From NCBI GenBank assembly GCA_016182095.1, contig JACOXY010000011.1, positions 3,794 through 67,793 on the forward strand: a stretch of DNA of 64,000 bases, given 5' to 3'. The notes beneath the pieces are model-generated. The model ran no database searches and was not told where the DNA came from. It worked only from the letters and a program-made list of their open reading frames with translations. Every line of letters begins with the position of its first letter. The first letter of the stretch is position 1. The DNA comes from Candidatus Liptonbacteria bacterium (GTDB lineage Bacteria > Patescibacteriota > Minisyncoccia > UBA6257 > JACOXY01). The position numbers and the translations under genes were made by a program. Shown one piece after another: positions 8,059 to 17,091 of the stretch.

Positions 8059-8897
8059 CTCTTCTTTAGCTCATATATCTTAGAGTCGACTAAAAATCTG
8101 TACCAAAATCCCTGAAGGGTGTGCCATATTAACCCCGGTATACCGTCCAAGAATCCTAAACGAATAAAATAACGATATTTAAAGTATAGAAGAGCCCTCA
8201 AAAATGGAGGTAATTTATAATAAAAATTTTCCTTGTACCATCGCTTTTTTTCGGGATCAGAACCATGCCTGTCTGCCTTTATTGTTGTATTGTTCTGTTG
8301 TTCTGTTGTTTGAAGGTAAGCCTCCGCCTCCCTGGTCGCGTATTTATTGTGCTTTTCTATCCAAACAGACAAATTTTTCCTGTCATGTTCCTCAAAATCA
8401 TTTTGTAAATTAATAGTTTTCCCGCTAGATAAAATTACATGCTCATCCATCTCTCGTTCCTCATAACGGCCAGCATCTCTCCTCCAGAGACGCAAAAACC
8501 AAGCCGGATAATATCCGCCATGTTTAATCCACCTATTCATAAAGTAAACTCTCCTTTTTAAATAAAACCCCGTTGTTTCTCTTGTTAATTTGTTAAATTG
8601 TTCATTGATTTCATTCCATGTTTCGGGGAGCATTATCTCGTCCGCGTCCAAGCGCAAGATCCAGTCATTTTTAATAGCAACAGTGTCGAGTGCCCAGTTA
8701 AACTGCTCGGCCTGGTTTACGAACCTTCTCTGATGTACCTTGTCGGTATATTTTTTAACAATTTCCAGGGTTTTGTCGCGGCTCATGGAATCAACCACTA
8801 TAATCTCATCTACCCAATCGGCAATACTTTGCAGGCAGTTTTCAATATTTAGCTCTTCGTTGTAAGTAAGGATTATGGCGCTAATTGGCAATTTCAT
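8037..8897 (-). CDS. glycosyltransferase family 2 (LPS-core-type, WaaE/KdtX-like)
   Basis: AIILTYNEELNIENCL...VVDSMSRDKT...RLDADE carries the GT2 DxD motif and fold signature. Confidence 0.75.
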   Translation of the reverse strand: MKLPISAIILTYNEELNIENCLQSIADWVDEIIVVDSMSRDKTLEIVKKYTDKVHQRRFVNQAEQFNWALDTVAIKNDWILRLDADEIMLPETWNEINEQFNKLTRETTGFYLKRRVYFMNRWIKHGGYYPAWFLRLWRRDAGRYEEREMDEHVILSSGKTINLQNDFEEHDRKNLSVWIEKHNKYATREAEAYLQTTEQQNNTTIKADRHGSDPEKKRWYKENFYYKLPPFLRALLYFKYRYFIRLGFLDGIPGLIWHTLQGFWYRFLVDSKIYELKKRTLNPKP

Positions 8898-8908
8898 TGT
8901 TGAAGTAA

Positions 8909-9478
8909 TTAAAATAAGCTCTGCGGTAGGAACGTTTTTATATCTTCTGGTCGTAATAGCCTTACATCATCAGCGACTTTTGTAAGCCCGAATGACTGGC
9001 CTTTTGCAACTCCCACATATTGAACTCTCTTATTAAAAGATTGGGTCTCTTCAACGGCCGCAACTAAATCAGTATCTGAGCTTATTAAATATGCAATATC
9101 ATATTTATCTTGACGCGCAAACCGAATCATCTCAACGGCAAGCCGTACATCCACGCCCTTTTCATGAAAGGTTTTGTCGGGATGTTGAATTAGCTGGCCA
9201 AGCGTTATTGCGATTTTTTGCTGCTGCAATTTACCAATTAGTTTTTGCTGATCAGCATACATTTTTTCTGATTTTTCGTTTCTCTGTCGCTTTAGTGCCC
9301 CCACATAATAGTGAATTTCTATAAGCTGATTTGGAATCACAAGCCACTCTGCAAACCCTCGGAAGTTAAAATCGAGTAACTTAAATTTACCATCTACTCT
9401 TGAAGAAAGCTCTTTGAGTTTAAAGTAAAAATTGTTCCCGTCTATAAAAACAAAAGCTCTTTGTTTATTTTGGTTCAT
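8909..9478 (-). CDS. NYN-domain protein (LabA-like PIN-fold RNase)
   Basis: FIDGNNFYF...GVDVRLAVEMI...ISSDTDLV are the conserved acidic motifs of NYN/LabA domains. Confidence 0.65.
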   Translation of the reverse strand: MNQNKQRAFVFIDGNNFYFKLKELSSRVDGKFKLLDFNFRGFAEWLVIPNQLIEIHYYVGALKRQRNEKSEKMYADQQKLIGKLQQQKIAITLGQLIQHPDKTFHEKGVDVRLAVEMIRFARQDKYDIAYLISSDTDLVAAVEETQSFNKRVQYVGVAKGQSFGLTKVADDVRLLRPEDIKTFLPQSLF

Positions 9479-9609
9479 GAACTAAAACTGCCGTCCCGAG
9501 CAAACCGAGAAGGCAGTGAGATTAACACTTTTACTGTAGCGCAAACCTAGAGCGGCGTCAAGTACTCCTGTGAATAACTGGGGGCGCGTATAAACATGCT
9601 GTAAAAAGC

Positions 9610-10812
9610 TCATACAAGCTCATTGTACGCCGCAAGCCACTTTTTAGCTATATTGGGCCAAGAGTATTTTTCTTCTACTAATTTTCTGCCTCGCTCGCCC
9701 AAAGCCTTCCTTAAATCGTCATCGCGTAAGAGACCTAAAATTGCCTTGGCCAATTGCTCCTCGTTTTTTTCTATCACAATTCCAGCTTTTGCTTCTCTCA
9801 CATCGGGCGTGATGCCAACTCCTTCTGTTATCACAACTGGCACGCTCCGCGCCATCGCCTCAACCACGGAGCCGCCAAAGTTTTCGGAATATGAGGGCAT
9901 AACAAACATGTCGGCGCTTTGATAGGCCGCGGCCTTATCTTCCCCGCGCAAATCTCCGGTAAAAATCACGCTGTTAGTTGGCAGTTGGTGATGAGTAGTG
10001 AGTAGTTGGATTTCCTTTTTGTAGCCCTCATCATCACCCCCAACAATTACCAAAACTAAATTGTTCTCTTGTTCTATTGTTCTATTGTTTTCTTGTCGAA
10101 CAACTTCCGCAAAGGCAGGAATTAAAGTGTCAAAGCCTTTTTTCCAGTTTAACCGCCCAAGCGAGAGCACAATTTTGGCGTTCCCGGGAATATTAAATTT
10201 TATTCTAAATTCACTCTTTAATTCCTCATTACTGTTTACTAATTTCTTTTCCATTTCCACTCCATTGGCGATCACAATCGCCTTATTTAGCGGCAATCCT
10301 AATTTTAGATACTCCTCTTTTTCCAGCTCGGTCGTAAAGTGGATCGCTGAAGCTCCCGACAAATTCTTTTTTTCTATTAAACTGATATATAACTTTTTCT
10401 TGAAACTACTTTTCTTTTCTATGAGTTCCGTGATTAAACTACCGCGTGGAGAAATAATGTACGGCTTATTAAATCTTTTAGCGTACTTGGCGCCAAAATA
10501 AGAAGCGGAAAGGAAAACAGAGGTAATGTGGATAATATCAAAATCTTTCAGTGAATCACGCAGCGCTAAACGCAAGTCTCGAGAATAGAACCAGGAACGC
10601 AAAAATCGCGACGCCTTAAAATAATAAATTTTAACGCCATCGATAATATCGGTTTTTGTCTGCAAATCATCTCCGCCATCAATATTGGTTGTATAAACAG
10701 TTACTTCGGCGCCTTCTTTCGCTACCCATTTATTCAGCCCATGAACGCTCTTAATCGGACCACCGTAGCGGTAAGCCGGAAGATAAGTTGGGACTATATG
10801 GAGAATCTTCAT
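9610..10812 (-). CDS. glycosyltransferase family 4; start reassigned to the MKILHIV ATG at 10812
   Basis: MKILHIVPTYLPAYRYGGP is a canonical GT4 N-terminus, and the C-terminus has ...FVMPSYSENFGGSVVEAMARSVPVV... The track's TTG start at 10854 adds an atypical 14 aa. Confidence 0.8.
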   Translation of the reverse strand: MKILHIVPTYLPAYRYGGPIKSVHGLNKWVAKEGAEVTVYTTNIDGGDDLQTKTDIIDGVKIYYFKASRFLRSWFYSRDLRLALRDSLKDFDIIHITSVFLSASYFGAKYAKRFNKPYIISPRGSLITELIEKKSSFKKKLYISLIEKKNLSGASAIHFTTELEKEEYLKLGLPLNKAIVIANGVEMEKKLVNSNEELKSEFRIKFNIPGNAKIVLSLGRLNWKKGFDTLIPAFAEVVRQENNRTIEQENNLVLVIVGGDDEGYKKEIQLLTTHHQLPTNSVIFTGDLRGEDKAAAYQSADMFVMPSYSENFGGSVVEAMARSVPVVITEGVGITPDVREAKAGIVIEKNEEQLAKAILGLLRDDDLRKALGERGRKLVEEKYSWPNIAKKWLAAYNELV

Positions 10813-10833
10813 GAACGAAGTAATAAGTAAAGA

Positions 10834-10877
10834 GTAATTAGTAATTAAGTTCAAGGGCCATCCTTATTACTAATTAC
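10834..10877. promoter_or_regulatory. inverted repeat in a divergent promoter region (gtaattagtaat / attactaattac, 20 bp spacer)
   Basis: Two 12 bp arms are exact reverse complements, and a third direct partial copy (agttactaat) lies at 10886-10895. All sit between divergent genes 9610..10812(-) and 10941..11213(+). Confidence 0.4.
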
Positions 10878-10940
10878 CAGTTGCTAGTTACTAATGTTTG
10901 TGTTACAAATAGCGTAGCATTATTTATCGGGGGGTTTCAA

Positions 10941-11213
10941 ATGATTAAGCATGAAGTTGTGAACGGCTTTGAAGACGTGAGGCATCTTAAAGCAGTAATC
11001 ATTACAGAGCCGCCGTGGATCTTTCCGGAGCTTTATGGCATTGTGCAAAATAGCGACAAAAGCCCGCGCTTCTCTGATGTTCTTGCCAAACTTGAAATTA
11101 AGCCCTTGGAATTTATTGAGTTAATAGACGATAAGTTTAATGGGAGGCCGCACTACAAGTTACAGATTGGCATCACGGCAGTGGGGCATAAGTTAGCGAT
11201 TATCGCCTGCTAA
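10941..11213 (+). CDS. hypothetical protein (91 aa), start at the ATG with SD
   Basis: ggggg SD 7 nt upstream of the ATG at 10941; the track's TTG at 10881 is less likely. No motifs. Confidence 0.35.
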   Translation: MIKHEVVNGFEDVRHLKAVIITEPPWIFPELYGIVQNSDKSPRFSDVLAKLEIKPLEFIELIDDKFNGRPHYKLQIGITAVGHKLAIIAC

Positions 11214-11224
11214 ATAGCAGCACA

Positions 11225-11947
11225 TCAGCCAGAATCATTGGCTGATTTTCTTTCCCCTTTGCGGCTTACCCCGCTAAGCATTCTATAGTATTTCCTATAT
11301 AATCTTCCTGGCTTCCTCTTCGCGGCCAGAAAAAATTTAACAATGAATTTCAAATAAAAATAGAGCGTCTTTGATATTAAAGATTTTTTTACAAATAAAA
11401 CGTCGCCATTGTTGGTTAGTGAAAAGGGAATGCAATAAAATCCGGCTGATTCCAGTTTTGCTTTAATTTTCTCCACTCTGGGTTTTAATTCTGGATATAA
11501 GAAATCATGAAATTCAATGGTCATTTGATTAACATCCTTAAGATCATCAGGGGTCGCGGCTCCCAGTATCTGAACCTCTTCGCCCTCGATATCTATTTTT
11601 ATTAAGTCCACCTTTCCGTTCTGTTTTAAGATATTTGTGAATGCCACACTTGGGACTCGTATACTTGACTCTGATTTTTCAACCACCGTAATATCCATCC
11701 CCCGCCCCCAGGATAAATCTAAGTAACCATCCTCAACGCCCACAGCTTTGTTTATCTTTTGTACGAGATTATTAGCTGGAATGCGTTCAAAAAGTTCCCG
11801 TAGTGGCTCAAAGGTCAAGACCTTACAGCCAAAATCTTCGGATATGCGCCGCGCGAATTCACCCCTGTTACCGCCCAAATCCAAAACAAAAGAATTTTCG
11901 TCCAAAAGATTTCCCAAAAAGTTGTGTTCGCAGATTTCTTTAATCAT
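11225..11947 (-). CDS. FkbM-family methyltransferase
   Basis: LDLGGNRGEF...TFEP...KIDIEGEE is the Methyltransf_21 (FkbM) signature. Confidence 0.7.
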   Translation of the reverse strand: MIKEICEHNFLGNLLDENSFVLDLGGNRGEFARRISEDFGCKVLTFEPLRELFERIPANNLVQKINKAVGVEDGYLDLSWGRGMDITVVEKSESSIRVPSVAFTNILKQNGKVDLIKIDIEGEEVQILGAATPDDLKDVNQMTIEFHDFLYPELKPRVEKIKAKLESAGFYCIPFSLTNNGDVLFVKKSLISKTLYFYLKFIVKFFLAAKRKPGRLYRKYYRMLSGVSRKGERKSANDSG

Positions 11948-13085
11948 TTAACACTTTTTTATACGCATCAACTATTTTACTTCCATAGTCATTCCATGTA
12001 AAACCGGAAGAGACCCTCTCTTTGGCCGACCGCCCCATTTGCAAGCGTCTTTCGGAATTTTTATATAAGTAAAGAAGTTTTTCCTTTAGTAAATTTACAT
12101 CGCGAATCGGTATTACAAAACCATCAAGACCGTCGCGTACGATATCCTCGCCCCCGGTATTAGTAGTACAGATTACCGGCAGCCCGCAAGCCATAGCTTG
12201 CGGCTGGACCATGGCTAAACCTTCTTCAATAGACATCAAACAAAATACAGAGCCCTGCGAATAATATTTATAAAGTTCTTTTTGCGGCACATGTCCAATA
12301 TAGTTAAACTTTCCGTCATATTTTTTAAAGAAGGGTTTTATTTCGTCGTTTATTGAACCAATGAGCATCAATTCGGAATTGGGTAGGTTTAGCTCGGCAA
12401 AAGCCCGCAATAAGTAATGAACGCCCTTCCTTAAGCTCATGCCACCAGCAAAAATAATTCTAAAAACATTGTCCTCTTTTTTTACTTGCCGAAACGAAGA
12501 CAAGTCCGCTCCATAAGGAACGTGAATTAGTTTGGATTCGGGAAATCCTTTCTCCAAAAAAGTTCTTTTTACATAAAGGGAGGGTATAGAGATGAAATCC
12601 GCTTCATTGTATTCTTCAATCTCTTTCTGGACTACTTTAGGATGCCCAAGCTGCGACTTCAGGCCAAATTTTTCGTACTCCTCTTTTAAAATACTGTGCT
12701 GAAAACTTATGTGCGAGCTACCTCTTTCAATAATGGTCACTGCTCCTGCTTTTTTTGCCGCGCGCAAAGTATGCAAAGCATAACTTGACCAGGCGACGCA
12801 AATGTCCGCTCCGCTGACTTTTTTGGATGCCCATTTATCAAAAACTTCACAATTCAGATATTGCGGATTGCCGAAACTTCGAAGAAAGCCCGGCAATTTT
12901 CTATATCCCCTTCCTATGGCCTCCACCAAAATATTTGAGAAAATCTTTTCCTTTGGAATGCCGTATTTTTGAACTTCCGACTTTGGATAAGAAGTTATTA
13001 AGCTTTTTAGGTGGCCGCGTTTTTGCAATTCTTCTGCTAAATTAAAAGCATGAAAACGACCGGCAACTGAAATAATTATCCTCAT
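11940..13085 (-). CDS. glycosyltransferase family 4
   Basis: FAGGMSLRKGVHYLLRAF...MLIGS...FCLMSIEEGLAMVQPQAMACGLPVICT matches the GT1 C-terminal domain. Confidence 0.8.
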   Translation of the reverse strand: MRIIISVAGRFHAFNLAEELQKRGHLKSLITSYPKSEVQKYGIPKEKIFSNILVEAIGRGYRKLPGFLRSFGNPQYLNCEVFDKWASKKVSGADICVAWSSYALHTLRAAKKAGAVTIIERGSSHISFQHSILKEEYEKFGLKSQLGHPKVVQKEIEEYNEADFISIPSLYVKRTFLEKGFPESKLIHVPYGADLSSFRQVKKEDNVFRIIFAGGMSLRKGVHYLLRAFAELNLPNSELMLIGSINDEIKPFFKKYDGKFNYIGHVPQKELYKYYSQGSVFCLMSIEEGLAMVQPQAMACGLPVICTTNTGGEDIVRDGLDGFVIPIRDVNLLKEKLLYLYKNSERRLQMGRSAKERVSSGFTWNDYGSKIVDAYKKVLND

Positions 13086-13091
13086 AATAAA

Positions 13092-13991
13092 TCAGGCCAA
13101 TAATCCGTTTAATCCTTTTTTGTTGGAATCGCAATACTCATAGAAATAATTTTCCCAGTACGCGCATATTTTTTCGTACTCAGGCGCGCCGACGCCATAC
13201 ATGCTGTCAAATTCGGGCCGGGAAGTATTATCGCTTCTTTCTTCAAAAAATTTAAACCATTTTTGGTATTCTTCCAAATCTTCGGGCGTCCCCCATTGAC
13301 AAAAGTAATCCACCGGGTACACCAACGAACGTAACCCGTCTCTAATTAAAAAGTTAAACAGCAAGCTCATGTAATATTCGCCGTTAACCGGCGTTCCGTC
13401 ATGCAAAACTTTCGCGCAGTAATGTTTTAAATTTTCGCCGGTACTAAAATAAAATGTGCCGGCTTGTTGCCAAGTGTCCATTTTATTAGCGGTAAAGAAA
13501 TATTTTTCTCTAATCTCTGACGCATAGCCGAATTGATCAGTTTTCACGCCGGCGTATAAATTAGGGCCCAAAAGATGGGGATGGAATCCGCGATAGCAAA
13601 CCGAAGCGCTGGCTATTTTTTTGTCCGCAACAGTTTTCTTAAAATCTTTATAGTCCCATAACATAAAAAAATCGCAATAATTAACTATTACCGGCTCTTC
13701 ATTTTTTATAAACGAAGAGGCTTCTGCGATTGAATAGACAGGGCCTAATTTATGGGGCTTAATTGGCATGATTTTAGCCTCCGGCTTCAGAGATAAAAGT
13801 TTGTCTGCCAAATTAGTGCTTGCGAGATGGTCTTCGGCGCAGATAAAAACAAAATCTTTTTCTTCGGGGAATAAGTTAATTACGTACTCAATTATCGGTT
13901 TGCCGGCAACTTCAATTAACGGCTTTATGGCCGCGTAACCTTTATCTACAAATCGCTGTCCGCGGCCACTCATGGGAATAATGATTTGCAT
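13092..13991 (-). CDS. sugar/alcohol-phosphate nucleotidyltransferase (LicC/NTP_transf_3-like), paralog 1
   Basis: N-terminal IIPMSGRGQRF...KPLIEVAGKPII is the nucleotidyltransferase glycine-rich loop. It has a long C-terminal extension and is paralogous to 14715..15536. Confidence 0.55.
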   Translation of the reverse strand: MQIIIPMSGRGQRFVDKGYAAIKPLIEVAGKPIIEYVINLFPEEKDFVFICAEDHLASTNLADKLLSLKPEAKIMPIKPHKLGPVYSIAEASSFIKNEEPVIVNYCDFFMLWDYKDFKKTVADKKIASASVCYRGFHPHLLGPNLYAGVKTDQFGYASEIREKYFFTANKMDTWQQAGTFYFSTGENLKHYCAKVLHDGTPVNGEYYMSLLFNFLIRDGLRSLVYPVDYFCQWGTPEDLEEYQKWFKFFEERSDNTSRPEFDSMYGVGAPEYEKICAYWENYFYEYCDSNKKGLNGLLA

Positions 13992-13995
13992 AAGT

Positions 13996-14703
13996 TTAAC
14001 TATTGGCGTTATTTCTTAAAGCCCATATGTATTTGATTGACCGCCAAATTGTTTTTAACTTACTCTTCCAGGAAAACGCCCATTTTGACTCTCCATAAAT
14101 TCTATTTGGGAAATAAACATTAATAGTTTCTATTTCATAGCCATTATTTTGAGCCACGCACAGCAGGTAAAGATCAAGCGAGAAATCCTTTGGGGGGTTT
14201 TTCATTAAAGAGATCAATCCTCTGGGAAACAATTTCGGCTGAGCGTTAATCTCCGCGAACTTCCTGCGCAAAATTAAACTGGCGACAACCGCCATTCCAA
14301 AACTAAAAATTATCTGCGATAAAGCGCGGTTTATTCTCCAACCTTTTACAACCAATTTTTCGCTGCTATGGCCCGCGTACACATCATGCGCCCTAAAGAC
14401 GTCTGCCGCGGAAGTCTGCATGTCACTGTGTGTCCAGGCCACCATATCTCCCCGCGCCTCTTTTAACCCCGTCATTATAGCATGGCCATATCCACGGTTA
14501 GGCTGATAAGAGATCAGTTTGGCGAACCCATATTTTTCCTTCGGCAATATACACTCAAAAATACTAAGCGTGTCGTCTTTTGACCCGTCGTTCACACAAA
14601 TCAGTTCAAATTCATATAGGTTTGAAAATTCCGCGAAAGCCTCAAGCACAAGAGGGATGTTTCGCGATTCATTATAGAAGGGAATGATGATTGACAGTTT
14701 CAT
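13996..14703 (-). CDS. GT2-family polyprenyl-phosphate glycosyltransferase (DPM1/ArnC-like)
   Basis: LSIIIPFYNESRNI...CVNDGSKDDT...YQPNRGYGHAIMTGL with a C-terminal TM segment. Confidence 0.7.
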   Translation of the reverse strand: MKLSIIIPFYNESRNIPLVLEAFAEFSNLYEFELICVNDGSKDDTLSIFECILPKEKYGFAKLISYQPNRGYGHAIMTGLKEARGDMVAWTHSDMQTSAADVFRAHDVYAGHSSEKLVVKGWRINRALSQIIFSFGMAVVASLILRRKFAEINAQPKLFPRGLISLMKNPPKDFSLDLYLLCVAQNNGYEIETINVYFPNRIYGESKWAFSWKSKLKTIWRSIKYIWALRNNANS

Positions 14704-14714
14704 AGTATATAAAA

Positions 14715-15536
14715 TTAAAGCTTTGCCTGCGTTTTGAAATATTCATGCCAAAAATCATATCCGTCCTTATTTTTGATTTCCAGATTGCCGCTCTTGATAT
14801 TTTTTTCCCAGAAGCAATATTCCTCGTAGTCGGCCGGAGTTCCCCACCCGATATATTTAACGGGGAAAGAAATCGCTCGATGCCGAAGCTCACAGGCAAG
14901 AGCAATCATAGAATCTATGTAGAATTCTCCTTTGACTTTAACATTTCTGCTGACTAATTCATGAGCCAACTCTAAAAAATATTTTCCGCTCTTAAAAATA
15001 AAAGAGCCGGTTATGGCAAAATCGTTAAAAGGATCTGCGCTTATGGGAACTTTTACCGAAACTCCATGAATGTTGTTTTCATTATCCTGTCTTAACCAGC
15101 CCCACGCCTGAGGGTTGCGCGACAAATTCGGCTGCCGGGTAAAACTGAAAACTATCAAATCGGCCGATTTATCGGATAATATTTTTTTTAAGTTTTCTTC
15201 GTCATAAACCATCCCAAAATCGCAAGCGCCGACAAAAAGCGGCTCGTCATTATTAAAGTATTCCTTGGCAACCAAACAAGAATTAAGCTGTCCTTTCGGA
15301 TCGGGATCGACCAGTATTTTTACATTTTTACCAGCTGATTCGAGAGTTTTGATAAGCTCTTTTTCCAAAAGATGCTCGTTTCTAACGACAAAAGTCCAGA
15401 TGTCGCTTTCTGGCATTCCCCGAATAGCTCTCAAAATCATTGGCTTACCCGAAACCGGAATAAGAGGCTTCGATTGTTTATAGCCTGCCTCCACGAAACG
15501 CTGTCCACGGCCTGCCATTAAAACAACATTAATCAT
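14715..15536 (-). CDS. sugar/alcohol-phosphate nucleotidyltransferase (LicC-like), paralog 2
   Basis: MINVVLMAGRGQRF...KPLIPVSGKPMI has the same loop as 13092..13991. Confidence 0.55.
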   Translation of the reverse strand: MINVVLMAGRGQRFVEAGYKQSKPLIPVSGKPMILRAIRGMPESDIWTFVVRNEHLLEKELIKTLESAGKNVKILVDPDPKGQLNSCLVAKEYFNNDEPLFVGACDFGMVYDEENLKKILSDKSADLIVFSFTRQPNLSRNPQAWGWLRQDNENNIHGVSVKVPISADPFNDFAITGSFIFKSGKYFLELAHELVSRNVKVKGEFYIDSMIALACELRHRAISFPVKYIGWGTPADYEEYCFWEKNIKSGNLEIKNKDGYDFWHEYFKTQAKL

Positions 15537-15567
15537 TGTTTAAAATATTTAAAAAATAAGATCGCGG

Positions 15568-16164
15568 TTATTTCCAAAAATCAACATATTCTTTCCCGAC
15601 CATAACGGCATCCAATCTAAAATTTATTTCTTTTATCTTTTCAATGTAGCGCTTAATATCTTCCGGACGGCCCCATCGATCAGGAGAGACGAGGCAGGTT
15701 TTAAAATTTTCCATGAGTAGCTTTCCTGTCTGGATATTTAGCGGCAATTTGGTATTCGTGTCTATCCACACCCAATCCACCAGATTTTTTTGCGCTAACG
15801 CCATTTCGATCGGCTCGGCCTCGCTATATCTAACCGCGATTTCTCTCACGCCATCCTTGCGAGAAGCGCGGTAAAGGTAAGGAAATTCAACATCCAAAAG
15901 AAAATAATTTGATTTAGGAATATTATATTTTTTAGCCAACTGAATACAGCGATTTTCTATACCGACTTCTTTAATATTGAAAACGATAAAGGCGTGATTA
16001 AATTTTTTTAAATATTCTTCCAAATCATCGCCGGTTCCCGGGTCATGATTCAAGTAAAGGGTGCCGTTGCGATTGTCATGGCGCACGTCAATCTCCACTC
16101 CATTTTCCTTTGGTACCGCATTCAATTCTTCAATCTTATTTACTCTATGTTCAATAATTAACAT
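15568..16164 (-). CDS. glycerophosphodiester phosphodiesterase-like (GDPD/GP-PDE fold) protein
   Basis: IEHRVN...GVEIDVRHD resembles the GP-PDE catalytic His/Glu-Asp blocks; this is a weak assignment. Confidence 0.35.
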   Translation of the reverse strand: MLIIEHRVNKIEELNAVPKENGVEIDVRHDNRNGTLYLNHDPGTGDDLEEYLKKFNHAFIVFNIKEVGIENRCIQLAKKYNIPKSNYFLLDVEFPYLYRASRKDGVREIAVRYSEAEPIEMALAQKNLVDWVWIDTNTKLPLNIQTGKLLMENFKTCLVSPDRWGRPEDIKRYIEKIKEINFRLDAVMVGKEYVDFWK

Positions 16165-16194
16165 ATAAATTGATTTTGTTCGTATCTCAAGCTC

Positions 16195-17091
16195 CTAGGA
16201 AACCATCTTTAATCTTATTTTCTCTTTGCTCATATTTTTGATATAAAAAACGTCGCTTTCGTTGATAAATTTGGGGGTCCCCTTTATAGATTTTATCCCG
16301 CCAATAATATAATCCGCAGCGGAAGCAATTTCATAATAACCCGTTTTTTTAAATTCCGAAATTTCTCCCAAATTGACATCCGAAAAAACAGCGGAGTCGG
16401 GAAAGAGGTGTTTGGAAAAATCAATCGGTTTATTTAATAGCTGGAATGGCCCTATATTAAAATTGAAGAGGTAATTTTCAATAGTTTTATTCATTTCGGC
16501 GTGTAAATTCAGTGCCTTGTCGTCTCCATGGCCGTGTGTAATTACTCCGTGGTTTTCCAAAAAAATGATCTGTGGTAGCTCCATTTTCCGGCTCATCCTG
16601 TAAATAGCGAGGGCAAGATTAAAACCTGGATTATAATATGGAACAAAAAGAGTGTCTTGGCCTTTAAAAATTTCCTTTAAAACTTTTTCGCCTCCCTCCA
16701 TGCAATTAAATACATTGGCGTAAACACTGTGGGAATGTATGACATACTCCGAATCAAAAACCGCATGCATCCCGGCTTCTATGGAAGCTTCCCCAAAACT
16801 TTCGTCCCCGAAGCTATTTTTTTGAATCCATAAGTTGAAGTCATTTTCCGACTTCGCAAAGGATGCCTCTTCTAAACCCTGTCTCACCTTTTCAAAATCG
16901 CAGGCAATGTAGCCCTTATTCTCTTTTAAATCTTTAAGCAAGCAGCCCGATGCTTTTACGTACATTTTTTTACCTATCTTAACCGAAATATTGCCTCCGG
17001 CGCCCTGCGCGTAAGCGGGCGAAGACCCGATATTTTGCGACAGCCGGAAAAAATTGTTTAGTTTGTTCATTTCTTTAAAATACCTGCCCAT
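16195..17091 (-). CDS. class II aldolase/adducin-family protein
   Basis: GNISVK..., VIHSHSVYA and ENHGVITHGHG match the zinc-binding His blocks of class II aldolases and MtnB-like dehydratases. Confidence 0.55.
   Translation of the reverse strand: MGRYFKEMNKLNNFFRLSQNIGSSPAYAQGAGGNISVKIGKKMYVKASGCLLKDLKENKGYIACDFEKVRQGLEEASFAKSENDFNLWIQKNSFGDESFGEASIEAGMHAVFDSEYVIHSHSVYANVFNCMEGGEKVLKEIFKGQDTLFVPYYNPGFNLALAIYRMSRKMELPQIIFLENHGVITHGHGDDKALNLHAEMNKTIENYLFNFNIGPFQLLNKPIDFSKHLFPDSAVFSDVNLGEISEFKKTGYYEIASAADYIIGGIKSIKGTPKFINESDVFYIKNMSKEKIRLKMVS

Noticed and set aside
14672-14905. A small minus-strand ORF overlaps the junction of the GT2 and nucleotidyltransferase genes.
   Set aside because: It is out of frame with and internal to two strongly supported genes, and is treated as spurious.
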